Shown one piece after another: positions 9,114 to 18,475 of a stretch of DNA of 64,000 nt. The stretch is taken from NCBI GenBank assembly GCA_030639305.1, contig DAOWCY010000006.1, positions 16,563-80,562 of the forward strand. The letters are read 5' to 3'. Within the stretch, counting starts at the first letter, position 1. Each line of letters starts with the position of its first letter. Source of the stretch: Candidatus Aminicenantes bacterium. GTDB taxonomy: Bacteria; Acidobacteriota; Aminicenantia; UBA2199. The notes beneath the pieces are model-generated. The model saw only the letters and a list, made by a program, of their open reading frames with translations. It made no database searches and was not told the origin of the DNA. The position numbers and the translations under genes are program-made.

Positions 9114-9926
9114 TTAATAAAAGATAATGCCGACCTCCGCGCCGATGCGGGCTTGCAAGAGAGAGGCGGCAGAACCCCGGTTGACGGCGATCTCTAAGTT
9201 CCGGTGGCTGCCGATCAACATAAACGGCCCCGATCCGGCCAGGGCATAAGTTTTAAAAAAACCCTCGATCTCCCGGCCGTTAACTTCTACTTTAAAACCC
9301 CCCGCCCCCGCCTCCTCGAGAGCAGTATAAAGAAAATCTTCGCTCACATTAGTCATAATATTACCGAATTTGTCGATATAAGCCACCCGGGCGCTGATGG
9401 AGTTTTGAGTTTTTGTGGGCAAATAGGCGGCATCTACGATAAAATCACAGTAGGGGGAAGCGATTTCCTCCAGGGCGATGCCTGCCCCTAAGTAAGCTGC
9501 CGCAGGCGCCATCTTGTCCCGGGCTTCGAAAGTAGAATTACCGCGGATCAAAAAATATTTTTCCTTATCTAAGATAGAGACCGTTGTGTTTTCTTTTTGT
9601 AAGATAGGCGTCAGTACGCCGTTATCCGGGCCGATAAAATATCGCTCTTCGTGCCTGGCCAGGAGTATGCCGCGCCCAGTGCCCACACCCGGGTCCACCA
9701 CTACCAAAAAAATCGTCCCGGTGGGGAAAAAGGGGTAGGTTTTTTCTACTACGAAAGAGGCGGCTATAGTGCTGTATGAAGGGATTTCGTTGGTTATGTC
9801 GATGACTTCCATATGGGGATTTATTTGTTTGATTACCCCTTTCAGGACGCCGCTGAAGAAATCCTGATTGCCGAAATCGGTGATTAGCCCGCAGTAGGAT
9901 TTATTTGTTTTCCCGGTTTGCTTCAT
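9114..9926 (-). CDS. SAM hydroxide adenosyltransferase family protein (DUF62; fluorinase/chlorinase-like SAM hydrolase fold)
   Basis: N-terminal GLITDFGNQDFFSGVLKGVI matches the DUF62 LTTDFG..D.YVG.MKGVI signature. Length is 270 aa. Confidence 0.7.
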   Translation of the reverse strand: MKQTGKTNKSYCGLITDFGNQDFFSGVLKGVIKQINPHMEVIDITNEIPSYSTIAASFVVEKTYPFFPTGTIFLVVVDPGVGTGRGILLARHEERYFIGPDNGVLTPILQKENTTVSILDKEKYFLIRGNSTFEARDKMAPAAAYLGAGIALEEIASPYCDFIVDAAYLPTKTQNSISARVAYIDKFGNIMTNVSEDFLYTALEEAGAGGFKVEVNGREIEGFFKTYALAGSGPFMLIGSHRNLEIAVNRGSAASLLQARIGAEVGIIFY

Positions 9927-9951
9927 TTTTTGCTCCTTAGTTTAGAGTCGA

Positions 9952-10519
9952 TTATAAAATTTTTTCTAAGATTTTATAAACTTCGGTTGAGGTTCCTTTG
10001 AGTTTCCCCGACTTCTTGTTCTCTTCATCGAGCTTTTTGGCATTCTCTATCGCCTTGTTTAAATTCTTTTTTAACATTTCGTAGAAATTTTTCTTTTTTT
10101 GATAGTTTTGTGATTTTTGATAATCGGGGATATATTTCTTTAGTTCATGGGTGATGAGGCCGGCGCAGTTATTAAATTCTTTGGCTGTAAATTTATAATG
10201 CAGTAAGAACCATATCTCGAAGCAGGGAGTTGAGATAATAAATTCGATTTTAGGCCCTTGTTTTAAATCGCCTTGCTTTAATGCATCACCGTCTACAATA
10301 CAGAATGCCATGTCATAGTCCCGTTCTTTCTGTTTCTTTTTTGCATATTTCCGACGGCGTTGACCTTTTGGGATTGTATATGTCTATTTTTATATTTGAC
10401 AGCCTTTCCTTTCTTTTTAAATTCTCAAAGTAAATTTTTTCACATGAGCCTTCGCATACAACCAGGAAAGTACTCTTTAAAGGGCGATATTTCTTTCTTC
10501 TCTTAAAATCTTTACTCAC
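9952..10519 (-). pseudogene. RloB-like (AbiLii-like, TOPRIM-related) protein split by a 1-nt frameshift near 10311-10315
   Basis: Upstream piece (10313..10519) has LVVCEGSCEKIYF, an RloB-type CEGxxTExxYF N-terminus. Downstream piece (9952..10311) continues in another frame. Reading that frame upstream gives ERDYDMAFCIVDGD, which contains the family acidic motif, so the two ORFs were one gene. Confidence 0.55.
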
Positions 10520-11813
10520 TTAAAATATTCCCCAATACAGGCAGAGCACCGTAAGCACCGTTTAGATAACCGTTCTTAATGGATTTGTCTTTGCGCGGTT
10601 TCGGTTTAAAATCGGTAAGAGAGAATAACTCGGTGCTGCCGTCTTCTTTTTTTTCGGTAAACCAGATTTCGTCCCGGCGCAGCAACCTGTCTTCCAGCAG
10701 TTGGACATTATGGCTGGTAAATATAATTTGGGCTTCCGTTGAATTTTTAAAAAATTCCGCGAGCAATTTTTTTTGCAGGTCGAAATGGAGCGAGTCTTCG
10801 AGTTCATCGACAATTAAAACACCACCTTGCTCGATTATATCGAGCAGGGGGCCTGCCAATTCGAATATCCTGACGGTACCCTTGGATTCATTCATGAAGT
10901 CGATGTTTGCCGTGACTTCATTATTATCGGAAATCGCACTGTGGATCATTTCTATGTCGAAAATCTTGCCTTCTTCTACTTCTTTTTTTACTTCATCCGG
11001 AAATTTATCGAAATCGGTGAATTGTTCTTTTTTCAGTTTTTCAACTTTAACATCATTTATTCCTAAATCGGCTGATTTTAAGAGAGAAACGACTTTCTTT
11101 TTTTGATTATCGCTTTCTTCGATAAAATTCAAAGTGAATACAGTCAATCCCCTTGTCCCCTGAGCGATTCCCGGTCTCAAGAATCCCAAAAACCAGGAAA
11201 AAACTCTTTCAAGAATAGGGTGAGCAAATTGGGCGCCCACCGTTAAATATAAAGAATCCCGCCTGGTTAAGGACTCTATTTTTTTCTTTTCTCCTTTAAA
11301 ATTATTGCCGAATTTGTGGGTGTACCGGGGTTTTTTTTCTTCGGAAGCGGATAGCTCGAGGTTCTTTTCCTCAACTATCTTTCGCTCAAACAGGAGCACT
11401 TTTTTTTTACCAGGGTAAAAATAGAGCCACTCTTCTATTACTTTTTCCCTGTCTATCTTGAAACCATAAATATATTTTTTTTTCTTTAGGATAAAAGCGG
11501 CTTCAAAAAATCCCGGTTCATCCTGGGTCTTTCGATCTAACTTAAATGGCTCATGACCGGTTTTTTTTCTCATTTTTTCCCCGGAAGTAGACTCGATTAT
11601 AAAATTTCTCATGAAAAAAAGCGCCTGGAGTAAATTCGATTTGCCGGAAGCATTGGCGCCGAAAATAGCAGCAGACTTCAGGAGTTTTAGATTTACTCCA
11701 GTCGGTTCTATACAGTGGGTCTGCTCCATCTCTGTATCCTTGTCGGCAATCATACTCAACTGCTGCCTGCCTTTAAAAGACAAGAAATTCTCGACCTCGA
11801 ATCGAATCAACAT
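10512..11813 (-). CDS. AAA_21-type ABC/SMC-like ATPase (RloA/AbiLi-like)
   Basis: MLIRFEVENFLSFKG...FGANASGKSNLLQAL Walker A. C-terminal VLIVDELEDSLHFDLQKKLL...IIFTSHN Walker B/D-loop. Overlaps the RloB-like ORF start by 8 nt. Start set at ATG 11813 (MLIRFEV). Confidence 0.7.
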   Translation of the reverse strand: MLIRFEVENFLSFKGRQQLSMIADKDTEMEQTHCIEPTGVNLKLLKSAAIFGANASGKSNLLQALFFMRNFIIESTSGEKMRKKTGHEPFKLDRKTQDEPGFFEAAFILKKKKYIYGFKIDREKVIEEWLYFYPGKKKVLLFERKIVEEKNLELSASEEKKPRYTHKFGNNFKGEKKKIESLTRRDSLYLTVGAQFAHPILERVFSWFLGFLRPGIAQGTRGLTVFTLNFIEESDNQKKKVVSLLKSADLGINDVKVEKLKKEQFTDFDKFPDEVKKEVEEGKIFDIEMIHSAISDNNEVTANIDFMNESKGTVRIFELAGPLLDIIEQGGVLIVDELEDSLHFDLQKKLLAEFFKNSTEAQIIFTSHNVQLLEDRLLRRDEIWFTEKKEDGSTELFSLTDFKPKPRKDKSIKNGYLNGAYGALPVLGNILSE

Positions 11814-12033
11814 GATTCCTCCTTTTTTTATGGTATTATACACCATTTTTTGTGATTTTTCCACAAAAACAACCGTTTTTTTTGAGATTCGGGGCATTTT
11901 TTTTATTTCGTTGTCTTCATTTTTTTAATTCTTCGATATTCGATATTCGGAGTTCGCTGTTCGATATTCTACCCGGTGTTCACTTTTTACAGCCTCTTTT
12001 TTTACCGGGAAACAGGAATTTTTTCGATAACTC

Positions 12034-12062
12034 TTGACAAAGAGGGAATAATTTCTTATATT
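12034..12062 (+). promoter_or_regulatory. Sigma70-like promoter: TTGACA, 17 nt spacer, TATATT. An AGGAGG Shine-Dalgarno follows 8 nt before ATG 12090.
   Basis: cTTGACAaagagggaataatttctTATATTgtatactattaaccAGGAGGaaaaattATG. Confidence 0.5.
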
Positions 12063-12089
12063 GTATACTATTAACCAGGAGGAAAAATT

Positions 12090-14174
12090 ATGAAAAGTTT
12101 TTCAAGTGAACACTTAAGAAATATCGCTTTAATAGGACACGGCTCTACCGGGAAAACAAGCCTCGTTTCCGCTGTCCTTTTCAATACCCAGATGATCAAC
12201 AGGCTGGCTAAAGTTGAGCAGGGTAATACAGTTACCGACTACGACGAAGATGAAATCGAAAAAAAAATATCTATCCAGGCCGCTGTCGCCTTTGCCCACA
12301 AAGATAAATACAAAATCAATATGATAGACACACCGGGTTTTGCTAATTTTATCTGGGAAGCAAGGGTCGGTTTGAGGGCGGTTGAGACCGGGGTCATGCT
12401 GGTCAGCGCCACCGAAGGCGTGGAAGTGCAGACGGAAAAGATTTTCGAATACGCCGAAGAATTAAATAAATCGATGATCTTTGTGATTAATAAAATGACC
12501 AAAGAGTTTGCCGATTTCGACAAAGCCTTCGATTCCATCGTCGAGTCTTTCGGGAAGAACGCCGTGCCGGTGCAATACCCAATAGGCAGCGGAGCCGATT
12601 TTACCGGCGTCATCGACGTGATCGAGATGAAAGCTTATAAGTACAGCGGCGATGAAAAAGGCGATTTCGAAGAGACGGAGATTCCCGCTGACTTAAAAGA
12701 CACCCTGCAAGCAAAACGGGAAGAGTTGATCGAAAAAATTGCCGAAAATGATGAAGCATTAATGGAAAAATATTTCGAGGATGGCGATTTGAGTCTCGAA
12801 GATATCGCTGTCGGGCTAAAAGCGGGTATATTGAACAGGAATATTTTCCCGGTACTGGTTACCGACGCCCTGACCAATATCGGGGTCAACCACTTCGTTG
12901 ATTTTGTCACAAAGTATACTCCCTCTATAATCGACGTGGGAGAAACAGCGGCAGTAGAAGGAACCGTGAAACCGGACCAGGCAGCGCCTTTTTCGTCATT
13001 TGTCTTTAAGACCATCTCGGATCCTTATACCGGCAAAATATCGTTAATAAAAGTGCTCTCCGGTGTGTTTAAACCGGATAGTTCTTATGTGAATGTCAAT
13101 AAAGAGGCCAGCGAGAGAGTTGGCGGACTATTTTTCCTGCAGGGTAAAGAGCAGGCTTCGGGAGGAGACGTCCACCCCGGCGATATCGTAGCTGTGGCCA
13201 AATTAAAAGAGACCCAGACCGGCGATACTTTAACCGTTAAAGGCAATGATGTCCGTTTCCCGGAGATAAAATTCCCCATCCCCTCCATCTCTTTTGCAAT
13301 CGAACCCAAGACCCGTGAAGATGAGAACAAAATATCCGTGGCTTTCCAGAAAATTTGCGAAGAGGACCCCACGATTAAATCTTTAAGGGATCCCCAGACC
13401 AAAGAGCTGGTAATTTCCGGCAATGGTCAACTGCATGTGGAACTTGTGGTAAACAAGTTGAAAAAGAGGTACGGCGTAGAGGTAGAAATGAAACCGCCGC
13501 GTATTCCTTATCTGGAAACTATCAGCGGCAAAGCCGACGTCAATATAAAACATAAAAAACAGAGCGGCGGTCGCGGTCAATATGGCCATGTCATGATCAA
13601 GATGGATCCCCAGCCCAGGGGTTCCGGTTTCGTATTCGAGGATACCATTTTTGGCGGTTCTATCCCAAAGAACTATATTCCCGCTGTGGAAAAGGGGATC
13701 AGGGAAGTCATACACAGCGGCATTTTGGCCGGATACCAGGTGGTGGATTTCAAAGTTAATCTTTATGACGGCAGTTATCATGATGTCGATTCTTCCGATA
13801 TGGCTTTTAAGATTGCCGCTTCCAAAGCTTTTAAGCAAGGCATGAAAGAAGCCAAACCCACTTTATTGGAACCCATCGTAAAAGTAGAAGTTGTCACTCC
13901 CGAGGAATTTATGGGTGATATAAACGGTAATCTCAGCGGCCGGCGGGGTAAGATTCAGGGTATGTCGTCGAAAGGCAAGAATACTATAATCAACGCCATG
14001 GTGCCTATGGTAGAGATGTTGGATTTTAATCCCAACCTTATTTCCATCACCGGCGGCAGGGGTTCTTACTTCATGGAATTCGATCATTATGAAGAGGTCC
14101 CGGCCCATCTGCAGACCAGGATAATCGCGGATGCCAGGAAAGAAGGTCGCGTCAGGGAAGTTGAAGAAGAGTGA
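12090..14174 (+). CDS. Elongation factor G family GTPase (EF-G paralog with variant P-loop)
   Basis: 694 aa with EF-G domain order and motifs (DTPGFANF, INKMTKEF, ...). The G1 box is GHGSTGKTS rather than the canonical AHIDAGKTT, which suggests an EF-G2-type paralog. Confidence 0.8.
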   Translation: MKSFSSEHLRNIALIGHGSTGKTSLVSAVLFNTQMINRLAKVEQGNTVTDYDEDEIEKKISIQAAVAFAHKDKYKINMIDTPGFANFIWEARVGLRAVETGVMLVSATEGVEVQTEKIFEYAEELNKSMIFVINKMTKEFADFDKAFDSIVESFGKNAVPVQYPIGSGADFTGVIDVIEMKAYKYSGDEKGDFEETEIPADLKDTLQAKREELIEKIAENDEALMEKYFEDGDLSLEDIAVGLKAGILNRNIFPVLVTDALTNIGVNHFVDFVTKYTPSIIDVGETAAVEGTVKPDQAAPFSSFVFKTISDPYTGKISLIKVLSGVFKPDSSYVNVNKEASERVGGLFFLQGKEQASGGDVHPGDIVAVAKLKETQTGDTLTVKGNDVRFPEIKFPIPSISFAIEPKTREDENKISVAFQKICEEDPTIKSLRDPQTKELVISGNGQLHVELVVNKLKKRYGVEVEMKPPRIPYLETISGKADVNIKHKKQSGGRGQYGHVMIKMDPQPRGSGFVFEDTIFGGSIPKNYIPAVEKGIREVIHSGILAGYQVVDFKVNLYDGSYHDVDSSDMAFKIAASKAFKQGMKEAKPTLLEPIVKVEVVTPEEFMGDINGNLSGRRGKIQGMSSKGKNTIINAMVPMVEMLDFNPNLISITGGRGSYFMEFDHYEEVPAHLQTRIIADARKEGRVREVEEE

Positions 14175-14400
14175 TCTTTTTTACCACGAAGGACACGAAG
14201 GGCACGAAGCGGGATTGTGTCCGCAATTGGCGAAGAGTTTTTTGTAACGATGAACCGGGGCTTACCTGGCGCCGCAGGGAACGCTTTTGATTCTAAATTA
14301 TAAAAAGTTTTGATTAAACTTTTTCAAAGGTGCGGTGTGCCGCGGCCCCCAACTTCAATTTAATGGGGGCATCACCCGGCAGGGTCGCCGAAGGCAAGTA
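14170..14400. repeat. Intergenic modular repeat element, orientation 2 (...AAAAGTTTTGATTAAACTTTTTCAAAG...CCCGGCAGGGTCGCCGAAGGCAAG)
   Basis: Same family. Its 3' module creates the false N-terminal extension ...ASPGRVAEGK of ORF 14330. Confidence 0.75.
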
Positions 14401-14404
14401 TTAT

Positions 14405-15376
14405 ATGAAATTAAAATATAAAGAAGTAGCAGAAGGAATCTATGAAATAGAGACCCATTATTTAAACAGGGAGAAATTCGCCTGTTGTTACCTGATCGAG
14501 GATGGCGGTGAAGCCGCCGTAATCGAGACCAACACCAACAACGCCGTATCTCATATACTCCGCACTATCGACAATGTCGGCTTAGACAGGAAACAGGTAA
14601 AATATGTGATCGTCACCCACATCCACTTAGATCATGCCGGTGGCAGCGGTGAGTTGATGAGACACCTGCCTGGAGCCCGGTTCGTGGTTCACCCCAGGGG
14701 CAAACGTCATATGATAAACCCTGAGAAACTGATCGCCAGCGTCAAGCAGGTTTATGGCGAAGAGAAGTACCGCGAATATTACGGCGAAATCGTTCCGGTG
14801 GAGAAAAAACGGGTGCACACGGCGGTGGACGGCGAAATACTCCGCTTAGGCGGCAGGGAACTGCTGTTAGTGGAAACACCGGGCCATGCCAAGCACCACA
14901 TCGTTATCTTCGATAAAAAGACCGGGTCTCTTTTCAGCGGGGATGCTTTCGGTATCGGTTATCCCCGTTATGAACCGGGCAAACCGGGATTGATTTTCCC
15001 CTCTACTTCTCCTACCCAATTCGATCCCGAAGCAGCGCTCGAGACGCTGCGGAAAATTGTCGAGCTAAAACCGGCCCGCGTCCTGCGAACCCATACCGGG
15101 GCCATAGAAAGTGTCGCAGCCAATGCGCAGCGTTTGCAAGAGTGGATAGAGTTTTCGGTAAGTATTGCTGAAAAGAGATATGGCGAAGGATACCGGGACG
15201 ACGAATTAACCGGGAAGTTAACCGGCGACATCTGGGCGAAATTTGAAAAGACCTTAAAAGATGAGCTAAACCGCGGTTTAGATGAAGAGGAGCGGGAGTT
15301 TCTAAGCATCGACGCCGAACTGAATGCCCAGGGATTGGCCCATTACGTGACAAAGCTCAAAGCCGAAGACCAATGA
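14405..15376 (+). CDS. MBL-fold metallo-hydrolase
   Basis: HIHLDHAGG (HxHxDH) and downstream His/Asp ligands. Start set at MKLKYKE (14405); the upstream part is repeat-derived. Confidence 0.7.
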   Translation: MKLKYKEVAEGIYEIETHYLNREKFACCYLIEDGGEAAVIETNTNNAVSHILRTIDNVGLDRKQVKYVIVTHIHLDHAGGSGELMRHLPGARFVVHPRGKRHMINPEKLIASVKQVYGEEKYREYYGEIVPVEKKRVHTAVDGEILRLGGRELLLVETPGHAKHHIVIFDKKTGSLFSGDAFGIGYPRYEPGKPGLIFPSTSPTQFDPEAALETLRKIVELKPARVLRTHTGAIESVAANAQRLQEWIEFSVSIAEKRYGEGYRDDELTGKLTGDIWAKFEKTLKDELNRGLDEEEREFLSIDAELNAQGLAHYVTKLKAEDQ

Positions 15377-16050
15377 CCCGGACGATTTTATCAGCCGTTA
15401 ACATCAGCAAGAGTTTCCAGCAGCCCGACAAAAGCAAATTAGAGGTTTTACAGGACCTATCTCTCGACGTAGCGGAAGGCACTGTTATTGCCGTAACCGG
15501 CGCATCCGGTTCCGGGAAAAGCACCCTGCTTCATCTTCTCGGCGCTTTAGATGCTCCCGACCGGGGTGAAATATTATTCGACGGGGAAAGCATCCTGGGT
15601 TTCAAAGGAAAAAAAAGGGCTGCTTATCGCAATCGTTCCATCGGTTTCGTGTTTCAATTTCATTATTTGATGCCTGAATTGACAGTGTTGGAGAATGTTT
15701 CTTTTCCCGCCTTAATAAAAAATTTCAACAAAGAAGATGCCTATGAGCGAGCCGGTAAGCTCCTAAAAGATGTCGATCTGGGGGATAGAAAAGACAACAT
15801 GCCTTTTCATTTATCCGGCGGTGAGAGGCAGCGGGTTGCCATAGCCCGCAGTTTGATTAATTCTCCGCGGCTGTTGTTTGCCGACGAACCCACCGGCAAT
15901 TTGGACTGGAAAACCGGCCAGAAGGTATTCGGCGTATTCAGGGAGTTGATAAAGGAACGTAATTTAACCGCCGTTTTGGTGACTCACAACGAGCAGTTGG
16001 CCGATTTAGTAGACAGCAAGTACCATCTCCACGAAGGCAAACTAAGTTAA
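15373..16050 (+). CDS. ABC transporter ATP-binding protein (LolD/MacB-type)
   Basis: [15 protein letters not shown] Walker [16 protein letters not shown] signature. [12 protein letters not shown] Walker B. 4-nt overlap with the upstream gene. Confidence 0.85.
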   Translation: MTRTILSAVNISKSFQQPDKSKLEVLQDLSLDVAEGTVIAVTGASGSGKSTLLHLLGALDAPDRGEILFDGESILGFKGKKRAAYRNRSIGFVFQFHYLMPELTVLENVSFPALIKNFNKEDAYERAGKLLKDVDLGDRKDNMPFHLSGGERQRVAIARSLINSPRLLFADEPTGNLDWKTGQKVFGVFRELIKERNLTAVLVTHNEQLADLVDSKYHLHEGKLS

Positions 16051-16330
16051 CCTCACGGCGCACCCAGCCTATAAGCCGCTTCGCGGCAGGAGCCAACGAT
16101 GGCTGTTTATTGTGTAGAAAAACGTATCGCTCATAAAAAGTTTTGCCCCGTGCGCACGGGGAGGCGTTGAGCGGCTTCGCCGCAGGAGCCAACGATGGCC
16201 GTATATTGTGTAGAAAAGCGTATCGCTCATCAAAAGTTTTTGGAAGTCCAGAAACCTTTTTTCAAAAAAGTTTTTGGTCGCCGAAGGCAAAGCCCCCGGC
16301 AGGGTCGCCGAAGGCAAAGTAATTTCATAG
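16040..16330. repeat. Composite repeat block with an internal tandem duplication (two copies of about 100 bp containing GCCGCTTCGCGGCAGGAGCCAACGATGGC...TGTGTAGAAAA.CGTATCGCTCAT.AAAAGTTTT) plus hairpin module CCCCGTGCGCACGGGG and the terminal GGCAGGGTCGCCGAAGGCAAAG module
   Basis: Direct reading: the two copies at about 16070-16145 and 16170-16245 are nearly identical. ORFs 15938..16192, 16069..16317, 16195..16437 and 16230..16415 are translations of this repeat. Confidence 0.75.
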
Positions 16331-16408
16331 TAGTAGAGAGAGTTGGCAAAAAAGATAATCCTGTGATAAAATATAGTTTAATAGAGAAATTTAACAGGAG
16401 GTACGAAA

Positions 16409-16642
16409 ATGTCATTAACAGTGGATCAGATATATAATGAAGCGATTCAACTTCCTGATGAATCGAAGGTATTTTTGACTGAACGTCTTGTCGAATATTT
16501 GGAAACCAATATAGACCCTAACCTGGAACTCTTACATATAGAAACCGCAAAAAGGCGCAGGGATGACATTCGCTCAGGGCGGGTTCAACCGGTAGAGGGA
16601 AAAGAAGCGTTGGCCCATGTGCGGCGTGTAGTAAAGGGATGA
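16409..16642 (+). CDS. Putative addiction-module antitoxin (TIGR02574-like)
   Basis: 77 aa. A 4-nt ATGA overlap with the downstream ParE/RelE-like toxin. ...AIQLPDESKVFLTERLVEYLE...RRRDDIRSG pattern. Confidence 0.55.
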   Translation: MSLTVDQIYNEAIQLPDESKVFLTERLVEYLETNIDPNLELLHIETAKRRRDDIRSGRVQPVEGKEALAHVRRVVKG

Positions 16643-16938
16643 GATATATTTTTCACCCGGAAGCGCTCCGGGAATATGAGGAAACTGCTTTATATTATGG
16701 CGAAGTATCTGCTGCATTAGCTGAGGCTTTTATTAAATCCATGGAAAAGGGTATCGAGCAAATACTTGATTTCCCCGGAGCATGGCAGTTAGTTGAAGAA
16801 GATGTTCGCCGCCACCTGCTGCACCGTTTCCCTTTTGGGATATACTATACTATCGAAGAAGATTATATTATGATAGTGGCAGTAACGCACATGAGCCGCA
16901 ATCCAGGGTATTGGAAAAATCGTCTAAAAGCAAGATAA
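16639..16938 (+). CDS. Type II toxin-antitoxin system RelE/ParE family toxin
   Basis: 99 aa. ...FPGAWQLVEEDVRRHLLHRFPFGIYYTIEEDYIMIVAVTHMSRNP is typical of ParE/RelE plasmid-stabilization toxins. Confidence 0.65.
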   Translation: MRYIFHPEALREYEETALYYGEVSAALAEAFIKSMEKGIEQILDFPGAWQLVEEDVRRHLLHRFPFGIYYTIEEDYIMIVAVTHMSRNPGYWKNRLKAR

Positions 16939-16980
16939 GATAAAACAATTTAAACGTATAATATAGATATTCAAATGAGT

Positions 16981-17856
16981 CTATCCTGCCGCTTCGTCGT
17001 CGATTTCGGCTAAGATTTGCTCTAAATAATTAAGCCGCTTGCGGTCTCCTTTCTCCTGCCAGCGGTCCCCCGCCCGCAGCAATTCTTCGCGGATGATTCC
17101 CAACCCCCTTTCCAAATCAGCGCCGCTCAAATAACGCTTGCAAAAACGAACCCGGTTGCGTTGGAAATAAAAAGTCGTATAAAGCGGTTTTTTATGACAG
17201 GTTTGTCCTACACCGTGGGCTATTTTGGCTTCGTAACAGCGGGCCTGGGGGATATTTTCCCGGTGGGCGCGGAAACTCAGGTCTACATCTTCCCAGTAGG
17301 TAAAGTAAGATTCGTCCGTGCCGCCCAGGGCCTTAAAAGCATCCCGGTGAATCCACAAAGCGGTGCCGGGAATATAGTCTTTGCCCGGTTCCAACAGCAC
17401 AGGTAAATCCCGCTTTCGGTAGTGGTGAAGAGTGCAGCCTGTGGGGTCGAAATAACCGCCGCTGGAATCTATCTCAGCGGGCCGGGAAAGATAGGTAATA
17501 CAGGGCGCGATGATCCCGGCCCCGGTCTGCCGGGCGGTTTGCCGGCAGTTTTCCAGGGCAGAAGGATAAACCACAGTATCGTTGGTACAAAACAAAACAG
17601 AAGATACACCATCGGCAAAGACCGGTTCTAAAGCTTTGTTGAAACCGCCGGAAAAACCGCGGTTTTGTTCAGTCCGGTAATGCTGTACCCGGGGAAAGGC
17701 TTTTTGCAATTCCGCAAAAACTTCCGGTTTAGAACCGTTATCGAAACAAAACACCTGTTCCGCCGGGTACCCGGCCTGCAATATCGAAGTTACGCAGCTT
17801 TTAGTGAGACGGCTTTTGTTATAGTAGAGTACCACCAGAGCATCTTTCGGTTTCAA
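16981..17856 (-). CDS. Glycosyltransferase family 2
   Basis: VVLYYNKSRLTKSCVTSIL...CFDNGS...(GT-A fold DxD-type motifs). 291 aa. Confidence 0.7.
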   Translation of the reverse strand: MKPKDALVVLYYNKSRLTKSCVTSILQAGYPAEQVFCFDNGSKPEVFAELQKAFPRVQHYRTEQNRGFSGGFNKALEPVFADGVSSVLFCTNDTVVYPSALENCRQTARQTGAGIIAPCITYLSRPAEIDSSGGYFDPTGCTLHHYRKRDLPVLLEPGKDYIPGTALWIHRDAFKALGGTDESYFTYWEDVDLSFRAHRENIPQARCYEAKIAHGVGQTCHKKPLYTTFYFQRNRVRFCKRYLSGADLERGLGIIREELLRAGDRWQEKGDRKRLNYLEQILAEIDDEAAG

Positions 17857-18079
17857 ATCGGCCTCCTAAGGTCCCGTTCAACCGGGTTGGTCTATTATAC
17901 CATGAATCGCTCCCCTGTACTACTCATGGGGAAGTAACAATCCAGTTTTGGAAAAACCGGATTGTTACAGCCTTCAGCTTTCGGCCTTCAGCAAACGGGC
18001 ATTCGAGAACTCAAAGGGGTACGGAGCAGTCCGGCTGAATGCCGAATGCTGAAAGTTGCTATCGGCTGTTTTCTAATTT

Positions 18080-18475
18080 TTACTTTTGTCTTTTTTTGTC
18101 TTTGTCGGCGCTGTTTTTTAACTCTTTATATTTACCGGGAGATGCGCCGAAATATTCTCTGAAAACCCGGATAAAATAATCATAACAATAGTATCCGGTT
18201 TTTTCCGCTATCTCTCTTATCGATAAACCGGGTTCCTCTTGTAATAAAAAAGCAGCCTGGTTGATTTTTATCCTGAATATATATTCTTCGATGGTTATTT
18301 TTTTTTCTTTTTTGAAACTCCGCCATAATCGTGTTCGGCTAAGGCCTAATTCGCCGGCAATACTTTCAACCGAGAGAGTCTCCAGTTCTTCAAATTGTAG
18401 TGTTAATACATATTCTACGACAAGGTCGGATTCGGTTAAATTTTTTTCACTTAAATATATACCCATGGTGGCCAC
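18080..18475 (-). CDS. AraC-family helix-turn-helix transcriptional regulator (HTH domain only, 131 aa)
   Basis: ...LSIREIAEKTGYYCYDYFIRVFREYFGASPGKY AraC HTH_18 signature. Confidence 0.7.
   Translation of the reverse strand: MATMGIYLSEKNLTESDLVVEYVLTLQFEELETLSVESIAGELGLSRTRLWRSFKKEKKITIEEYIFRIKINQAAFLLQEEPGLSIREIAEKTGYYCYDYFIRVFREYFGASPGKYKELKNSADKDKKRQK

Noticed and set aside
10579-11928. Plus-strand ORFs 10579..11106, 10827..11066, 11611..11928 opposite the AAA_21 ATPase gene
   Set aside because: Antisense shadows in an AT-rich gene; Phe/Ser/Ile-rich low-complexity translations.
13085-14108. Minus-strand ORFs within the EF-G-like gene (13085..13423, 13383..13838, 13863..14108, 12239..13015)
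   Set aside because: Antisense to a strongly supported GTPase gene with intact G-motifs throughout.
16069-16437. ORFs 16069..16317(-), 16195..16437(+), 16230..16415(-) and 15938..16192(-) in the track
   Set aside because: They are translations of the tandemly duplicated repeat block 16040-16330; peptides such as PGRVAEGK recur wherever the repeat is translated. No Shine-Dalgarno or coding-like composition.
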